DNA of 61,120 bases, the filler included, from Sphacelaria rigidula (Eukaryota): the NCBI GenBank assembly GCA_964200075.2. It is 10 parts of 10 records of this genome, joined end to end, with 100 filler letters (N's around TTAATTAATTAA, not from the genome) between each part and the next. Parts side by side here need not be neighbours in the genome. Positions count along the whole stretch, not along the records: positions 12,247 to 18,269 come from CAXNAA020022740.1; positions 18,370 to 24,392 come from CAXNAA020022741.1; positions 24,493 to 30,514 come from CAXNAA020022742.1; 7 more parts are not named here. One strand, written 5' to 3'. The notes under the pieces are model-generated. The model searched no databases. It had not been told where the DNA came from and saw only the letters and a program-made list of their open reading frames with translations. Position numbers and translations under genes: made by a program. This document shows, piece by piece, positions 12,147 through 25,393 of this stretch; position 1 is the first letter of the stretch; the number at the start of each line of letters is the position of its first letter.

Positions 12147-12479
12147 NNNNNNNNNNNNNNNNNNNNNNNNNNNNNNNNNNNNNNNNNNNNTTAATTAATT
12201 AANNNNNNNNNNNNNNNNNNNNNNNNNNNNNNNNNNNNNNNNNNNNGGACGAAGACTGCACTGCGGGACGAACGCGTGGTCGCGGGGGGGGGGGGGCTTG
12301 CTGTCTGCCACTCAACACCCTCCGGAGGGATTAACGCGGCTCTCCCGCCGCACTTGCTTATGGTTCAATCCCAAGTGTGGGAAGATGATCACTCCCGTCG
12401 TTCGTCAACTTTCATGGCTTGCATTACGTTTGCCTGCCAGGCCCGAGTCCTCACACTTTTCAAGGACAAAACAAAAGTG

Positions 12480-12586
12480 AAAAAAAAAAACTCTGCTGCC
12501 GGGTTTCGAACCCACGGATGCTACGGTATTTTGGGAAGCGTTTCTTGGTCAACGGTAAACGCCAGACGTACCACACGAACAACAGC
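12480..12586 (-). mobile_element. tRNA-like Pol III unit (SINE head or tRNA pseudogene)
   Basis: Minus strand: 5' GCTGTTG, A-box-like TGGTACGTCTGG, B-box GGTTCGAAACC, 3' CGGCAGC, then T11. Confidence 0.45.
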
Positions 12587-13713
12587 TCGCGTTGTCGTTC
12601 ATATAAATACGAAATCCTCGATCACCATGTGCTGAATCCGGGCCAATCGACCGCATCGAACCCATCCTGTTTTGTGCACAGGATGATGGGCTTGACTGGA
12701 AGAGTTTGGGGTGAAGATCCCGACCCTCGTGCAGGTTAGTGTTTTTGTGGGAACAGGTTGGAATGAGACACCTGAGTAATTGTGAGATTATTCCGCGGGA
12801 TACAGTTCCGTGTTGAACAGGTTTGAGGATCCCAGGCTACCGGTCAGGTGCTGCAGTGGGTTTTTGTTAATGCATGGTTCTTGTTTTGGTTCCTATTTTC
12901 GGTTCTTGTTGGTACGGTGACAGTGCGCATGCGTTCGAAGTTTTGAAGGCGGAAGCGTGACTTCGCCCATCGCCCCTACCATGGCTGAGCAACCGTCTTT
13001 CTTGGGACAACATCGTCTCTCTTGATGCCACGGGCTAGCCGAGTCCCTTCCTGTGAGCTTTGATCGTGGGCGAAGGTCTACCCCCCTTCCTAATGTGTCA
13101 CATACTCGGTTTTCTCCACCGTGCCAAATTGACTTGGTCTACGGTGTCCTCCTCTCCGCGTGCGTACGCGAAGGCCAGCTTCAACTAACGAGGTTCAACC
13201 CACTTATAGCCTCTGCTCCAGTGCGAACCGAGACACACTCTCGTTGACATGTACTTGGACTCCACTCCGAGGGAATCCTTCTTTCCTTTTTACCCAGAAA
13301 CCCGCCCGAAAAGATAATAGGAACCACATTAAACCCACCGGGGCACGGTGGTGGTCTTCAACAAGTACCTCGTACAGCCCTCTTGAAATTGAAGCGGGGG
13401 AACAACCGCTGCGCACCGTGGATGTACTCTGCAAGGGCGACTGCTTCGACAACTGCGGGGGCTGCTGCTGCTGACTGACCACTAACGGCGGGAGTTGGAA
13501 GGACGGTTTTTTACGGTACGACAGCTAATCCCCACCCACCGTAAACAACGCACGGTTGGAATATACGCTCGTCTTTTTTGTCAGGCCTGACATTCGGATC
13601 TCCGAAGGCTGACGGTCACAAAGTGCTGCTCTTTATGGTTCGCACGGATTTTGCCAATATCCATTTGAACGTTTCCAGAGTCGACGCTGACGTTTCCAAG
13701 GTTGTGTGTGGTC

Positions 13714-14052
13714 CAAGGTTGTGTTCCGCAAGGCACGGGTACGTTCTGTAGGGTATGAGATTCCTAACAGAACTTACAAGACTGTCGGGTACCGGTATGA
13801 AAGTCTTACAGAAATTACAGGACCTATCAGGTACGGTATGGGAGGCTTACAGAAAACCGGTATCGGCAATCGGGTAACTTTACCAGGGCATACTCGCCCC
13901 TCGGGTTAGGGTAAACATTCTGTACAGACCTCACATAAGTGTCGGGTAGGGTATGAAGGTCTCACAGAGTTTACAGAACTGCCGGGCACGGTAAATACCC
14001 GACAAAATACTCCGGGTATACAGAAAACCGTACCCTACAAAACACGACCTTG
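13714..14052. mobile_element. hAT-like MITE with internal ~40-bp subrepeats; second copy 14703-16989 is split by an insertion
   Basis: TIR CAAGGT(T/C)GTGTT; repeated ACAGAACTGTCGGGTA..GGTATG motif. Confidence 0.75.
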
Positions 14053-14921
14053 GTATTATCATCACCCCTGTGGTGGGACCTACGTCACTACAACAGTGGC
14101 GAAATACAGATGACAGTTCACGAAAACTCTGGACGGCTTCACAGGGTTGATAGAGAAAGACTACACGAACAATCGCAGTAGTACATGTGCCCGGGATCGT
14201 CAGCATCTATCGGCTTCAGGTGCACTCCCAGAGAGTGCATGAAGGAGCATTCATGGCTGCCCGTTCTCTGGAAACCCTTCGGCATGCGACAAAATCGCCG
14301 GCGGCCTTCTTGACTTTCGGTGGTAGCTCATACTCTGTGCTGTACAAAATGACGATAAAGGCCTGGGGTTTAATGACCGCGACACAACCACCATCAACGT
14401 CGATGACGTGGGTCTTGCTACTTGATCCCCTGGCGGCGCAGATGAACCGTCCCCGCTCGAGCCACCACTCGAGTCTGGGGTGTTCAATTCTGACGGTCTG
14501 GAGTGCTGCTCATGTTTCGTGTTCCCACTCAGCGATACCTCGTATCCCGCCAGATCCCAAACTACAGAACTTTTCAGCATCCAACTATTGTTGGTGTGCA
14601 GTTTTGAATGATGGAGTTGGATGGGTTGATCGATGGGAGGTACAACAGTACATGTTCAGGTTATGAGGTTGTGTTTGGATCGAACCTATATCCGTGCCTC
14701 CCCAAGGTATATACCTGTGCTCATAGCTGCAATCGGTTATATCTATAACAGTATACCCTAACCCCGGGTAGGGGTATGGGAGGCTTACAGAGCGCACAAA
14801 ACTCGTCGGGTCCGGCATGGGAGGCTTGCAGAAAACCGGTATCGGCAATCGGGTAACTTTACTAGGGCATACCCGCCCCTCGGGTTAGGGTAAACATTCT
14901 GTACAGAACTCTCAGAACTGT

Positions 14922-16716
14922 TAGAGGTGCTAATCGGGACAAAATAAGTGACAGGGCTGTTCGAGGAAATCACAACGACCACAGACAAGAATTCCCCTTT
15001 TCCTTTTTTGTCCTGGGATGCGCTGCCCAAATACACTTGTTTCTACAATCCAATCTCTTTACGGGTTGATCGCAGGCGCAAGCAATGCCCTCCCTGTTAA
15101 CACCCTACACACTGTTGCTGACCAGCCATACGCAGCCGATAGCAGTGGCCTCGTACTCGTGCTTCGAAGGCGAACCCTCTCAACCTGAAAAAAACATACT
15201 ATCCGAATATAATTTCCGGCCTACTGATCTGACCGCGGGACGTGAATTGAAATAGCCACTGCAGTGTGATGCATTGGAATTGGGAACAGCCAACGCAACA
15301 ATCAGCACTCGAATCGCACACGTAACCGTGGAGAACCGCCCGGATTAAAGTTATCAATCGATGGAGTACGTCCTGCGAAGGGTACCATCCCCAATAAATT
15401 CAAGTGAAAAAAATAATCACAGCCAGAAGGGGCTCGGGGAGAAACTTCGGGGTACAGATCTGAATCGGTCACGGAGTAACTTTACTTCAGTGCGTACGCA
15501 TGTGCAAACATAATACCCAAACACATTCTCTGCTGAGGAAAGCCTCGCCGCTTGTGTACACAGCCGCACAAGGAACCCAAATTAAAAAACACTGCGTGTA
15601 CTGGAGCAGACAACATCATGGTGATCGAATGGTGCACTCCTCTTCATCTGTGGTGTTGATTGTATTGGTACCGCCATGTTCGCCGTACCGCATCTACAGC
15701 CTCCGTCCGCTGCGACTCGAGCTTGTAAATTGGGAATACACCGCCAAATGTCTCTCACACTCCACTCAACCCAGGGTCAGGCATATGTCGTATCGGCTTA
15801 CTTCTCACTCGAAAGATGAGTGCAAAACCCAAATGACCTAAACAGGGGGTTGAAGAGTTCAACTTTAGAGCCGGTTATTTGTGGGGAGAGGCGACCGTCC
15901 CCAGATATTCTGACTTGAAAAATGAGCACAAGACATCATCCTGGCGATCGAGCGTCACTTTTAGAGCGGGCGGCAAGAGTGACGATCTCCAAAGGAGTAA
16001 TCCGATACTCGATGATTCCCACAGAATAAGGGAGAAATGCGGCGGGGGGTACGGAGCAAGCATTGTACTGCAGTGTGCTGCGCTGTACTGATTGTACTGT
16101 GCTGCACGGTGCACTTTGGCTTTGTCTATTTACACAGAGAGCAGCCACCTCATGATGGGTCAGTTGTGTTTGTTATGGGAGAACTATTTACTTCAAAAAT
16201 GAATACCCACCACCGCCCAAAAACCTTTTCTGCAACTGGATGCAGGAAGGAATAACGGTGTCGGAGAGTGTCGTGTAGTCTGATCCCTGGTGATACCCAT
16301 AGACGAACGGGACGAAGGCAACGGATGGGAGAGAGAAGACAACACTGTACTGTAATGTAGAGCATTCCACTGCTGTACTCTACTGTGCGTTTCCAATTGG
16401 CTTTGTCTCGACCTATATAGACGGGCACCCCCAGGGCTAGTCATCTGTGTTGCATTGTCACTGTAGTTTCGACGTGAAAATGAATGATGAACAGACCGTA
16501 CCGGCGATGCAATGCAGCAAGGACGTGTGCGTGTCATGGGTGCAGATGGCCTTCTGCGCATCTTTTCCCAACCGACCGGGCGGCCCACTCGCTTCTTCGC
16601 CGATCGACTGGGCGTATCCTTCCCATCTCATTGGCTTATGCGATTTTCCGTCAGGAAGAACCCGGACACTTTTTGCATAAATTTCCTATATATTTTCGCC
16701 CAGATTTGCACCTCTA
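14922..16716. mobile_element. 1.8-kb non-autonomous hAT-like element with 5-bp TSD
   Basis: TIR TAGAGGTGC(T/A)AATC at both ends; ACTGT duplicated at 14917-14921 and 16717-16721; splits the host MITE motif AGAACTGTCGGGTA. Confidence 0.8.
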
Positions 16717-18396
16717 ACTGTCGGGTAAGGTATGGGAGTTGCACAGAAAACCGTACCCTCAATCAGGTATCTTATCAAGAGCGTACCCGTGCCCCCCCGG
16801 TAACGGTACGGGAGGCCTACAGATATTACAGAACTATCGGGTAAGGGTATGAAAGTCTTACAGAGATTACAGAACTGTCGGGTACCGGTTTGGAATTCTT
16901 ACAGAAGTCATAGAACTGTCGGGTATGGTAAATACCCGGCAAAATACCCCGGGGATACAGAAAACCGTACCCTACAGAACATAACCTTAGACATTTCGAA
17001 CGGGCCCAAGCACCGTTCCATCTTTCCTGCTGCAAAGCACCGCAGTTGTTCACAGGAAAAGACTGTCACAATTTTCGGCAAAACACCGCACCCTCTCCTC
17101 AGAAGTGTTCTCAAAAATGTCCGGTTTCTACCAGAGCTTGTCGAGGGACAGGATGATCCATCCCCCGGAAGGGACGGAAGGGAACGGGTGATTTTTGCGT
17201 TTCCTGAAAGGATGACGGGACGGAACAGGCACGTTTCCCGTAGCGTGGAAAAACGACCGTTATCACGCAAGATTTCACTCCGTCGCGTCCCATCCCGTCC
17301 CGTACTCACGGAAAAAAACGGACTCACGGGAAACACGACCGTCTTGCCGCGAGATCCCACTTCCCCGGCAGAACGTGTACATGGAAACACCCCGAATCAA
17401 ACGCGTTAAAGTCAGAATCGTGTGATGCCAGCTCTTCGACACACCAACGACACAACCACCACCGGTTTTCCCATACAACAGGCGACACCGCCGGTTGAAT
17501 CGGACGATGCTGAGAACAAGAGCGATCGGCGGAACTGTAGCATTGGGCCACGATTACAAGAAACTAACACCCCGTGCGCGATACAATCTAAGCACAACAA
17601 GAACAACCAACCAGAACCCGGTGCATATGATAGTCGTGACGGTTTTTGTGCTCCTTGTGCTCACTGTTCCGTGGGTGAGGTGTGTATCACCGTACGTCGT
17701 GAATAACACCCTTGGATGATGACGTTTCGGCTATGTTTAGCACCATGTCGGTATCTAACGTACTGGTTTGCCTACGTCGTATAACACCCCCACACACTCA
17801 AGAAACAAACTAGAATAGTCCCCAGGTTTATACGTGTTCGGGTCCCACGTACTCAATCAATACTTGGGGGCCATCTACGTCGTCACCTACGGAATGGTGC
17901 GCTAAAACCTAATAGGGTGCTCCCCTCAAAGAAGCGCGTCTCAGAGCTGGCAGTAGATCGAGGTGCGCTTACAGGCGTCTTCAATTATATCTCGCCAAGA
18001 TCCAACGTGCACACATCGTCTCCCGTAACATGGATGGGAACTACTATCCCGTCCACGACGCATCCCGTGAGGACGGGACGGGACGTTTCATGAAGTACAG
18101 CAGGCCAAGTAAGCACTTTCCTCGTCGCCTGAAAAAATGACGAGAAGAGACCGGAAACTCAGGGATGTGTCGGAGCAGGAAATTCGGCCCCGAAAAACGG
18201 AAACCTTGCATGGTTAGGACAAATCATCACGACTCAAAATCACCAAATTCACGATTTCTTCGGCCTGATNNNNNNNNNNNNNNNNNNNNNNNNNNNNNNN
18301 NNNNNNNNNNNNNTTAATTAATTAANNNNNNNNNNNNNNNNNNNNNNNNNNNNNNNNNNNNNNNNNNNNGGGGGGGGGGGGCGGGACGGTGGACGG

Positions 18397-18469
<73 letters not shown>

Positions 18470-19365
18470 AAATTGTCGCTATGCAGGTGAATGACGGGGC
18501 TAGTTGAATAAATCATAAGTGCAAGAAAATTTGCGCAAGTTCCTAGCCCTTGAACAATTTTGCAGATGAAGCGGCATAACACCCCCCGTCCCCCCGTTCC
18601 CCCTCTGCTCTCCCCCCACCCGTCGACGAAAAAGACTGGGCGCTTGTTTTCCCCCTTATTTCGTTTTGCTGCTGACATTCGTCTACTGTAGTTTTTGTGT
18701 CCTTCAGGAACATGTTTTTACTTCTTGTCTTGTTTCTGTGCTTGACGTCCAACTCCCAAAAGTTCGGAAAAGTGAATGACGGAATCCGTGACAAACACGT
18801 CCAAAAGCGACGGACGCGGATGCCTGAGCAACTTTCTCGATACAAAGTGGAGGGTGGGCACATGGCGCAGGAGTATTCGACAGAGTTGTGTTTCTGTTGG
18901 AGGTATCGTAGTGGTGAGAGGGCGGATTGAACCGAGCGATAAACGAAGGGCTTCATCTTATTTTTTTTTAGCTTCTCCCACTTTGAAGTGCCATGACGGC
19001 ATCGGAAAAACACAGTACATCATTCGTCTGGGAAGCGTGCTCCTGCTGACAAGTGGCATGTCCTTCTCTTGGCCTCTGAAATACCTGACTTGTGCGCCCT
19101 TCGGAGGATTTTTTTCGCCGAGTTGTGATCAGATCGATCAGTGCAAGGCTACGAACAACGTGCCCAGCTGATGAGCTGCTACGGCACGAGCTGAGTGTGT
19201 TCGATTTTCCTGGGGAAACAAGTTCCTCAGCTTACCCCTTCGATTGTGTTGGGTTGTGTGTCCAGCCTTTGCGTTCGCTGCTGTCAACTGGACATATATC
19301 TTCCTTCGTCGTGCTCGAGACGAAGTTTTTTCAAAAACGATGTTGGGCAAGAATATTGGATGCAC

Positions 19366-19536
19366 CCGGAGGTTTGCGAACACACGAACGAGATCTGACA
19401 GTCCGGCGCCCCTGCCAACGGGATAACCATTCTCTTTTCCGGGTTTGAAACGCAACATGCAAATTTTTCGATGCACCCATGGGTTTGTAGATAGGACATG
19501 CACCCAGACCTGGTGGTCTCCTAGCTTGAGCCACTA
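19366..19536 (-). pseudogene. Possible decayed hAT transposase C-terminal dimerisation domain
   Basis: Frameshifted pieces (W)WLKLGD..HVLS..FQTRKR..LSDLVRVFANLR resemble the hATC pattern WW..RVLS..HTKKRNRL..L.DLV.V..NLR. Confidence 0.4.
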
Positions 19537-19844
19537 TATTCACACCAACGTGGCACCCACTCTTGGTCGTTGGAGAAAAGAAAGATCTGCTGCTGTCCCT
19601 GAAGGCTTACGCTCGGATGGGCAGGGTGACTCACTTACAGAGTCAAGGTGAAGGACGTTGACAGAGGTTATTGCTAGGTGAGGGATACTTTCCAGGTTGA
19701 GACTTCGTGGGTGGGGGGGCACTCCCACCTTGGTGCCTCCCCGTACATTGGACCCTCAATTATTTTTCAGTCCCGCATGGCTGGTTAGGAAAGACGAGGC
19801 GGGCGGGGTGCACACGAATGCGCTGCACAAGACAAGAAACAGCG

Positions 19845-21277
19845 AGCCGATCATCGAAACTGAGGATGGAGTCTATCATTGACGATGAGAACCCGGAGGA
19901 TTAAAACCTTCGTTTTCACACCAAACCCTCGATGTATGGTTCCAATCCTTCACCTGTGGTGTTGTGTGTGTGTTCTCGCCCCATCTACTCTAGACGCCGG
20001 TCAGCACCTTTCGGTGTATATGGGCGCACCAGCCGGGGCCACACAAGAGGGAGGTCAACACGGGCCTTTTTTTTGTTTGTTTTTGGTCCTCCACCCTCAT
20101 TCTGCGGTGCTTGCCCTTGTTCTCTATCGCGAGAGGGGTTCAGCAGTCCCTTTCCCCCGTCGACCGCTGAGTCGAATTTTGTGTACCCACGACATCGTCG
20201 CTCCCCACTGTTGGGCATGGCGTGAGAAAACATCGCAGATCGCTGCGAAATTTAAACCCACGACCCAACCGCCGAAAGGTTTCGGGGGTACCAACTGAGC
20301 CACCGGGCCGACCGGGCTCACCTACTGGTTGCTTTTGACAGCTGCCACACGCCTACAAATGTGATGAGCGAAAGTTGGGTCCTAGATGACGTAACACTTA
20401 CTGGGAATTCAGGTGATCCGATCGGATCGCCGATATTCCCAGAAATTGTTTCTTCACCCAGGGCCGAGAGTCTGTCAAAAATATATTTCGGGACACGCAG
20501 GCCCCGAGATCGAAAACTCGAGTTTTTGAGGGGGGACACCCAGCCTGCTGTCCCCTAGTTTATTACCGAGGCGTTGGCGGCTGTGGTCAGCTGCCGTGTA
20601 CAGAGATCCTTGTCATGGAGACCGCTGAGATGACGGACACACCGCCCCTCCAAGCTCATCTTTCCCCATGATTACATTTATGGGATTATCTTCCGTGTCG
20701 TGTGCCTCGACTACTGTACCTACCACTAGTAGTCCGGGCAAATTTGGCGAGGCGTGAGATATTGTTGATACTTTGCCTACAGGCTGTCGCTACCGTGCGC
20801 TCGTGTGTTGTACATAGATTTGTGTGAGCGTTGCCGTCATCCGAGATCATCGGGACAGGGCGGGCAAGGAGCAGAAGCAAGTATACAAACCTCGCAAAGC
20901 CCGCCATATTTTTCGATTCTTGTCAGTGTCTGTTGACCAATTTCTTTCAACAATTCCTGCAAAAAGTAAGAAAAATCACGAAAAAAATATCGAAAATCAT
21001 GACAATTTTCGAAAAATTGCCCTCCGGGAGGGGAGGGGAGGGGGGGGGGAGGGGAGGGCTCCGTGTCCCATTTTTTTCTCTCGACAGACCCTTGTCAGGA
21101 CCCCAACATTTCGGGTATCGAAATCACAATTTGTATGGCGTGTAGTACCTGCCGATAGCTACCAGTGGGTGAAGGAATGGAACCATATTTCGAAGATTTG
21201 GTGTGGATACGAAGATTTTAATCCTCCGGGTTCTCAGTTTCAATGAAAAGCTCCATCCTCAACTTTGACGATCGGCT
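19845..21277. mobile_element. Long-TIR foldback element related to the 42037 family, left arm interrupted by SINE 2
   Basis: AGCCGATC.TC.AA.TGAGGATGGAG..TCATTGA inverted at both ends; arms homologous to 25179-25700. Confidence 0.7.
19956..20317 (-). mobile_element. tRNA-derived SINE family 2, full length with TCACCT TSD
   Basis: A-box TGGCTCAGTTGG, B-box GGTTTAAAT, CA-rich tail; TCACCT at 19950-19955 and 20318-20323. Confidence 0.85.
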
Positions 21278-21977
21278 ATTCAGACGTCTGGTGTTATCTG
21301 TGTCGTCGACCCTGCGAGTGAATTGCGTTCTTCGAATTGCGTTCTTCGTTATTTTTGCTCGCGGTGTGCATCTGGCACCACGATGGAGAGATTCTACGAT
21401 AGGGGGGGGGGGTATTTGATTGCACGAAAAAAATGGTTGGTAAGTGTGTCAGATGACCTGCCACACTCGCGATGCGCTTGTATTTGGTTCAGAACGACGT
21501 CAATCGGTATGAATGAGCCTTATTTATCTATAACAAGCTCGCTCAAGCAACCGTTGCTGATTTCAGCCGAGATTTGACTTGGAATTTCGTGCAAGAAGTG
21601 GCCCAAAATACCCCCCCCCCCCTATCGTAGGATGACTACTCCATCTTCACTAATACATGATCGTCCGCACCTACGTTTCGCCTCGTATATCTGCCTGCTG
21701 AGGACTGCCAATTTCATTGTCTAAAGGTGGGGGGGAGGGGGAAAGGATTCATGCCGTCGACCCTGCGAGTCTCCCACGCTATCGGCTTTTTTTGTAGGTA
21801 AAAAACCTGCTACAGTATTATATCAAACATCAACGTTAATCGTCTTCTTCGATCTTTAGCATGATTTGTGCCATCATGCAACGCACAAAACTGTCACCGG
21901 TTCTTATATATCTTGGAGGTCGATTCAATGAGCGTGGAGGTGTAAGCCGCCGAAAACCTTTTTGCATATACAATACA

Positions 21978-21978
21978 G

Positions 21979-22013
<35 letters not shown>
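21978..22013. repeat. (TA)n microsatellite
   Basis: Seen directly. Confidence 0.95.
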
Positions 22014-22109
22014 CAAGGCTCCCCTCCGGGAGGTTGGTACGGGCCTCCCGGGGGTGGCGCAAGTCGAAAATACATTTATGTTGTCAATTTTCCACGATCT
22101 TGCAGATAC

Positions 22110-22350
22110 TTTTGTGGTTCGGGATCGACACCGCGCGAAAAAGAGCCAGTTTGAGCGACTTCCGGTGGCCGCAACACGCGCCACAGGTATCAGATGGCGC
22201 CCAAACCTGAACGGTAATGTATCGCTGAGCCTTCTCGGTGCGCTGGAATAGGGCGTGTGGGAAAAAATGCCTTGCCGCCAGAGAAAACTCGGCAAAAGCG
22301 GTGAAGATGTGAAATGGTACATGTACATGATACACATTGCGCGTAAAACA
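22110..22350. repeat. ~240-bp direct repeat; second copy ~23497-23745
   Basis: TTTTGTGGTTCGGGATCGACACC..CCCAAACCTGAACGGTAATGTA..ATGCCTTGCCGCCAGAGAAAACTCGGC occurs twice, offset 1387 bp. Confidence 0.9.
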
Positions 22351-24840
22351 GTGTTGAGCCAAAATAAAAAAATAAAAAATCGGAACAGAATCTGACCACT
22401 TTTCCCCCCAGTGCGCACTCCTGCAGCACACAATACCAGATATAGCGACTTGGAACTGTTGACTGTGGTTCGTACAGCATATGGGCAAAGTTTCAGCGCT
22501 TCGCAGCGGCTACAGCGCGCGTAGAGTCGTGCGTCATGAAATGCGCAGCTTTACAGACTGTGTGCCGATCGGTACACTACAGATGGTCATGATCCAGAGA
22601 GGATCGCAGTACAGACTAGTGTCAGTTTTTTACCACATCGGCCCCCCAGCCGCGCTAAATGTCCAAGATTGTGCATCTGCGCATGCACATATACTTTCAC
22701 CTGTAGTGCGCGAAGTCTGGGCAACTGCATGGCTGATTAGAGAGCGCATGGACGGCATTCCCCACAATGGGCTCGGGCCATGTTGTACGGTGTTCCCAGG
22801 CCCAATCGCGTGGATGCTTCGGGCATATGCTGCCCGTGTTGTGACCCACTAGTGTGCAAAATTCCATGATATAACACGGAGTCACAGGCGAGAAATCCAC
22901 AAATCAAGTTGCGCTGGTTTGCCTGAGTAAAGTACTCAAATGAACATGAGATGCTGTTACGCCCTGATCACGCCGCATATCATATGCGGTTATGTAGTAC
23001 TCCCTCTGGGCGGATTTATAAGCAAGGTTCGGACCAAAAGCGGTCTAACTCGGGCATATCAACGTATTTTCCCGAACCGTTTTTTTTGTTGTTTTTGGAC
23101 CGCCGCTGCGGAACGCACAAAACCGCTGTCTTTTAGAGGTCGCACCGAAAAGGTTCATCACACCCCAGCAGAAGTTGCTCGAAATCACCACCCCCAACTT
23201 TGGACCACCGCCCAAAAGCCTTCCCATCTGCTGGTGAGACATGTCTGCTGCTGAGAACGTTCAAGTCGTCAAAGGCTCACCGCACGGTCTGGTGTTTGCT
23301 GCTGACTAAGTAAGGCCAAGGCAATGTTTAATTGGTTTGAACTGCATTGCTCTCATGTTCTCGTGACATTGGCGGCATAACCGGTGTACTCGTGCTCCCA
23401 AATGAACGAGAACCCGACGAAAAAAAACCAAGGGGAAAGTACCCCGCCAACAAACATCCTGTTGCTCAAAGTTGTTTTTCATAAACTTGGGAATGCTTTT
23501 GTGGTTCGGGATCGACACCCCGCAAAAAAGAGCCAGTGCGAGCGACTTTCAATGGCCACAACACGCGCCACAAGTATCAGATGACACCCAAACCTGAACG
23601 GTAATGTACCGCTGCGCCTCCTTCGTGCACTGCAAAAGAAAGCGCGTGATGAGATGCCTTGCCGCCAGAGAAAACTCGGCCAAAGTAGTGAAAAAAGTGA
23701 AATGATACACGTACAAATATATGTAAACATCGCGAGGAAACCCAGCACAGAACAAACAATGGCACGGCCGCTGGGCGGCACAATGTTTGATTATGTCGCA
23801 TTGTTGGTTACCACACCCACGCTCGCGGTGAGAGCAATACCATGTCCCACAAAAAGGCCTGAATGAGCAATCCATCCTTCGACTAACCGAAAACGCGTCC
23901 TGAGTATTTTCCCTGGTCGAATGGAATAAGGGCTTTCTCTGGCGAAATAAAAAGCAGATACCACATTTTTTTCCAGATTTTTCTGCCGCCGCGACACTAC
24001 GGTATAGCCTCCTTTATCCATGGGCTCCGCACAGCACAAATCAGACACTATACTGCGACTATTCCGTATGCTGCTAAAACAATACCCGCACAAAAACATG
24101 ACTATTCCGTATGTACTAACAAAAATACCACAGACAATATTGGACCGAAATCAATGTTCTGTATAGTAGCGTACGTGAACAAAAAACAGAAACATGTTTT
24201 CGTGCGTGCAGAAAACATGCAAAATCCCAGTAAACAACAAAAATTGACGATCGATCATCAGAACACTGAGGGCACCGTTTTTATTTTCCCCTCTCTGAAA
24301 AAAAAAAAAAAGAGAGAGGGAAAAAAAAAAAACAATACAACGACATCAAAAACCAACAAAAAAAACAAAAAAAATACGCAGTGAAACAAGAANNNNNNNN
24401 NNNNNNNNNNNNNNNNNNNNNNNNNNNNNNNNNNNNTTAATTAATTAANNNNNNNNNNNNNNNNNNNNNNNNNNNNNNNNNNNNNNNNNNNNAATGATGC
24501 CGATTCATAAAGATTAACAAAACAAGAATCAGCACTTTGGTTCCTAAAGGGTTAGAGTGCAATGCAGTTTGGTTTGACTGCGAGTCACGCAGTAGCGTAG
24601 ACATGGAAGTCAGCTGGCTAGTCACCATCCGCAATTGTTCAATAACACCCTTCTCACCGACCATTGGAGCAGGCCTACCACCTTGATCTGTCATCGGGTA
24701 GTCGAGCATGCGTGACTGCGGTACCATGCTCGAGCAGGCAGCAGACACTACCACTTGTTCTCACTCTTCGTCTGATCTCTACTATCGAGGTTCGATTCTG
24801 TCAAGGCACTCTCCATTAATACAAATAACACGGGATCTTA

Positions 24841-25175
24841 GGGCCGTTATTATCGACAAACGAAAAATGAGAGAAGGTCCGAAATTTCGATATCGCCGAG
24901 GGCTCATTATTATCTTGATCTACTCTTGCTGGTAGATATCTCATTCCAGATGGGTTGATGTCGTCGTTTGCTTTCCTTCGCCGGCAAAATAGAGGACAGC
25001 GTTATGCTACCTACCCGTGTATTGTGCTGGGGTGCGAAAAATCGGACTTTCGCCAAACGTGAAGGCTTGGCGGAAAGATCTCGCCGCTTCATTTTGGGAG
25101 AAGGTGCGAAGAAAAGTTCGAAAACGCCTAAAATTCGGACTATCTCCCAAAAAACTGTGTCGATAATAACGGCCC
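24841..25175. mobile_element. PIF/Harbinger (Tourist-like) MITE, 335 bp
   Basis: Perfect 18-bp TIR GGGCCGTTATTATCGACA; TTA TSD at 24838-24840 and 25176-25178; empty site seen in the 42037 copy. Confidence 0.9.
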
Positions 25176-25275
25176 TTAGAAATTGGGGATGGATCTTTTA
25201 TTTGGCATGAGAAACCCGGAGAATAAAAATCTTCGTATCCACACCAAATCTTCGAAATATGGTTTCATTTCTTAA

Positions 25276-25393
25276 CCCTTAGGGACCCCACTGGCGTTTT
25301 TTGTTTTTGTGAATCGGTATCGTTTTCACTCATTTTCAAGTCAAAATGATGCCGATTCACAAAAACAAAAAACGTCAGTGGGGTCCTTAAGGG
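25276..25393. mobile_element. 118-bp palindromic piggyBac-type MITE (related end at 24493-24551)
   Basis: TTAA-CCCTTA(G/A)GGACCCCACTG..CAGTGGGGTCCTTAAGGG-TTAA. Confidence 0.9.

Noticed and set aside
17130..18130. Element with GGGACGGGA/TCCCGTCCC subterminal repeats
   Set aside because: Probably a hAT-like relic, but no TIR pair or TSD could be fixed
18370..18467. Long poly-G tract, G-quadruplex or poly-Pro ORF
   Set aside because: At a contig edge; probably a sequencing poly-G artifact, and the ORF runs into Ns
19168..19200. Hammerhead ribozyme cores at CTGATGA hits (also near 109, 3693, 33550, 49203)
   Set aside because: No stem II followed by GAAA with closing stems in correct geometry found by eye
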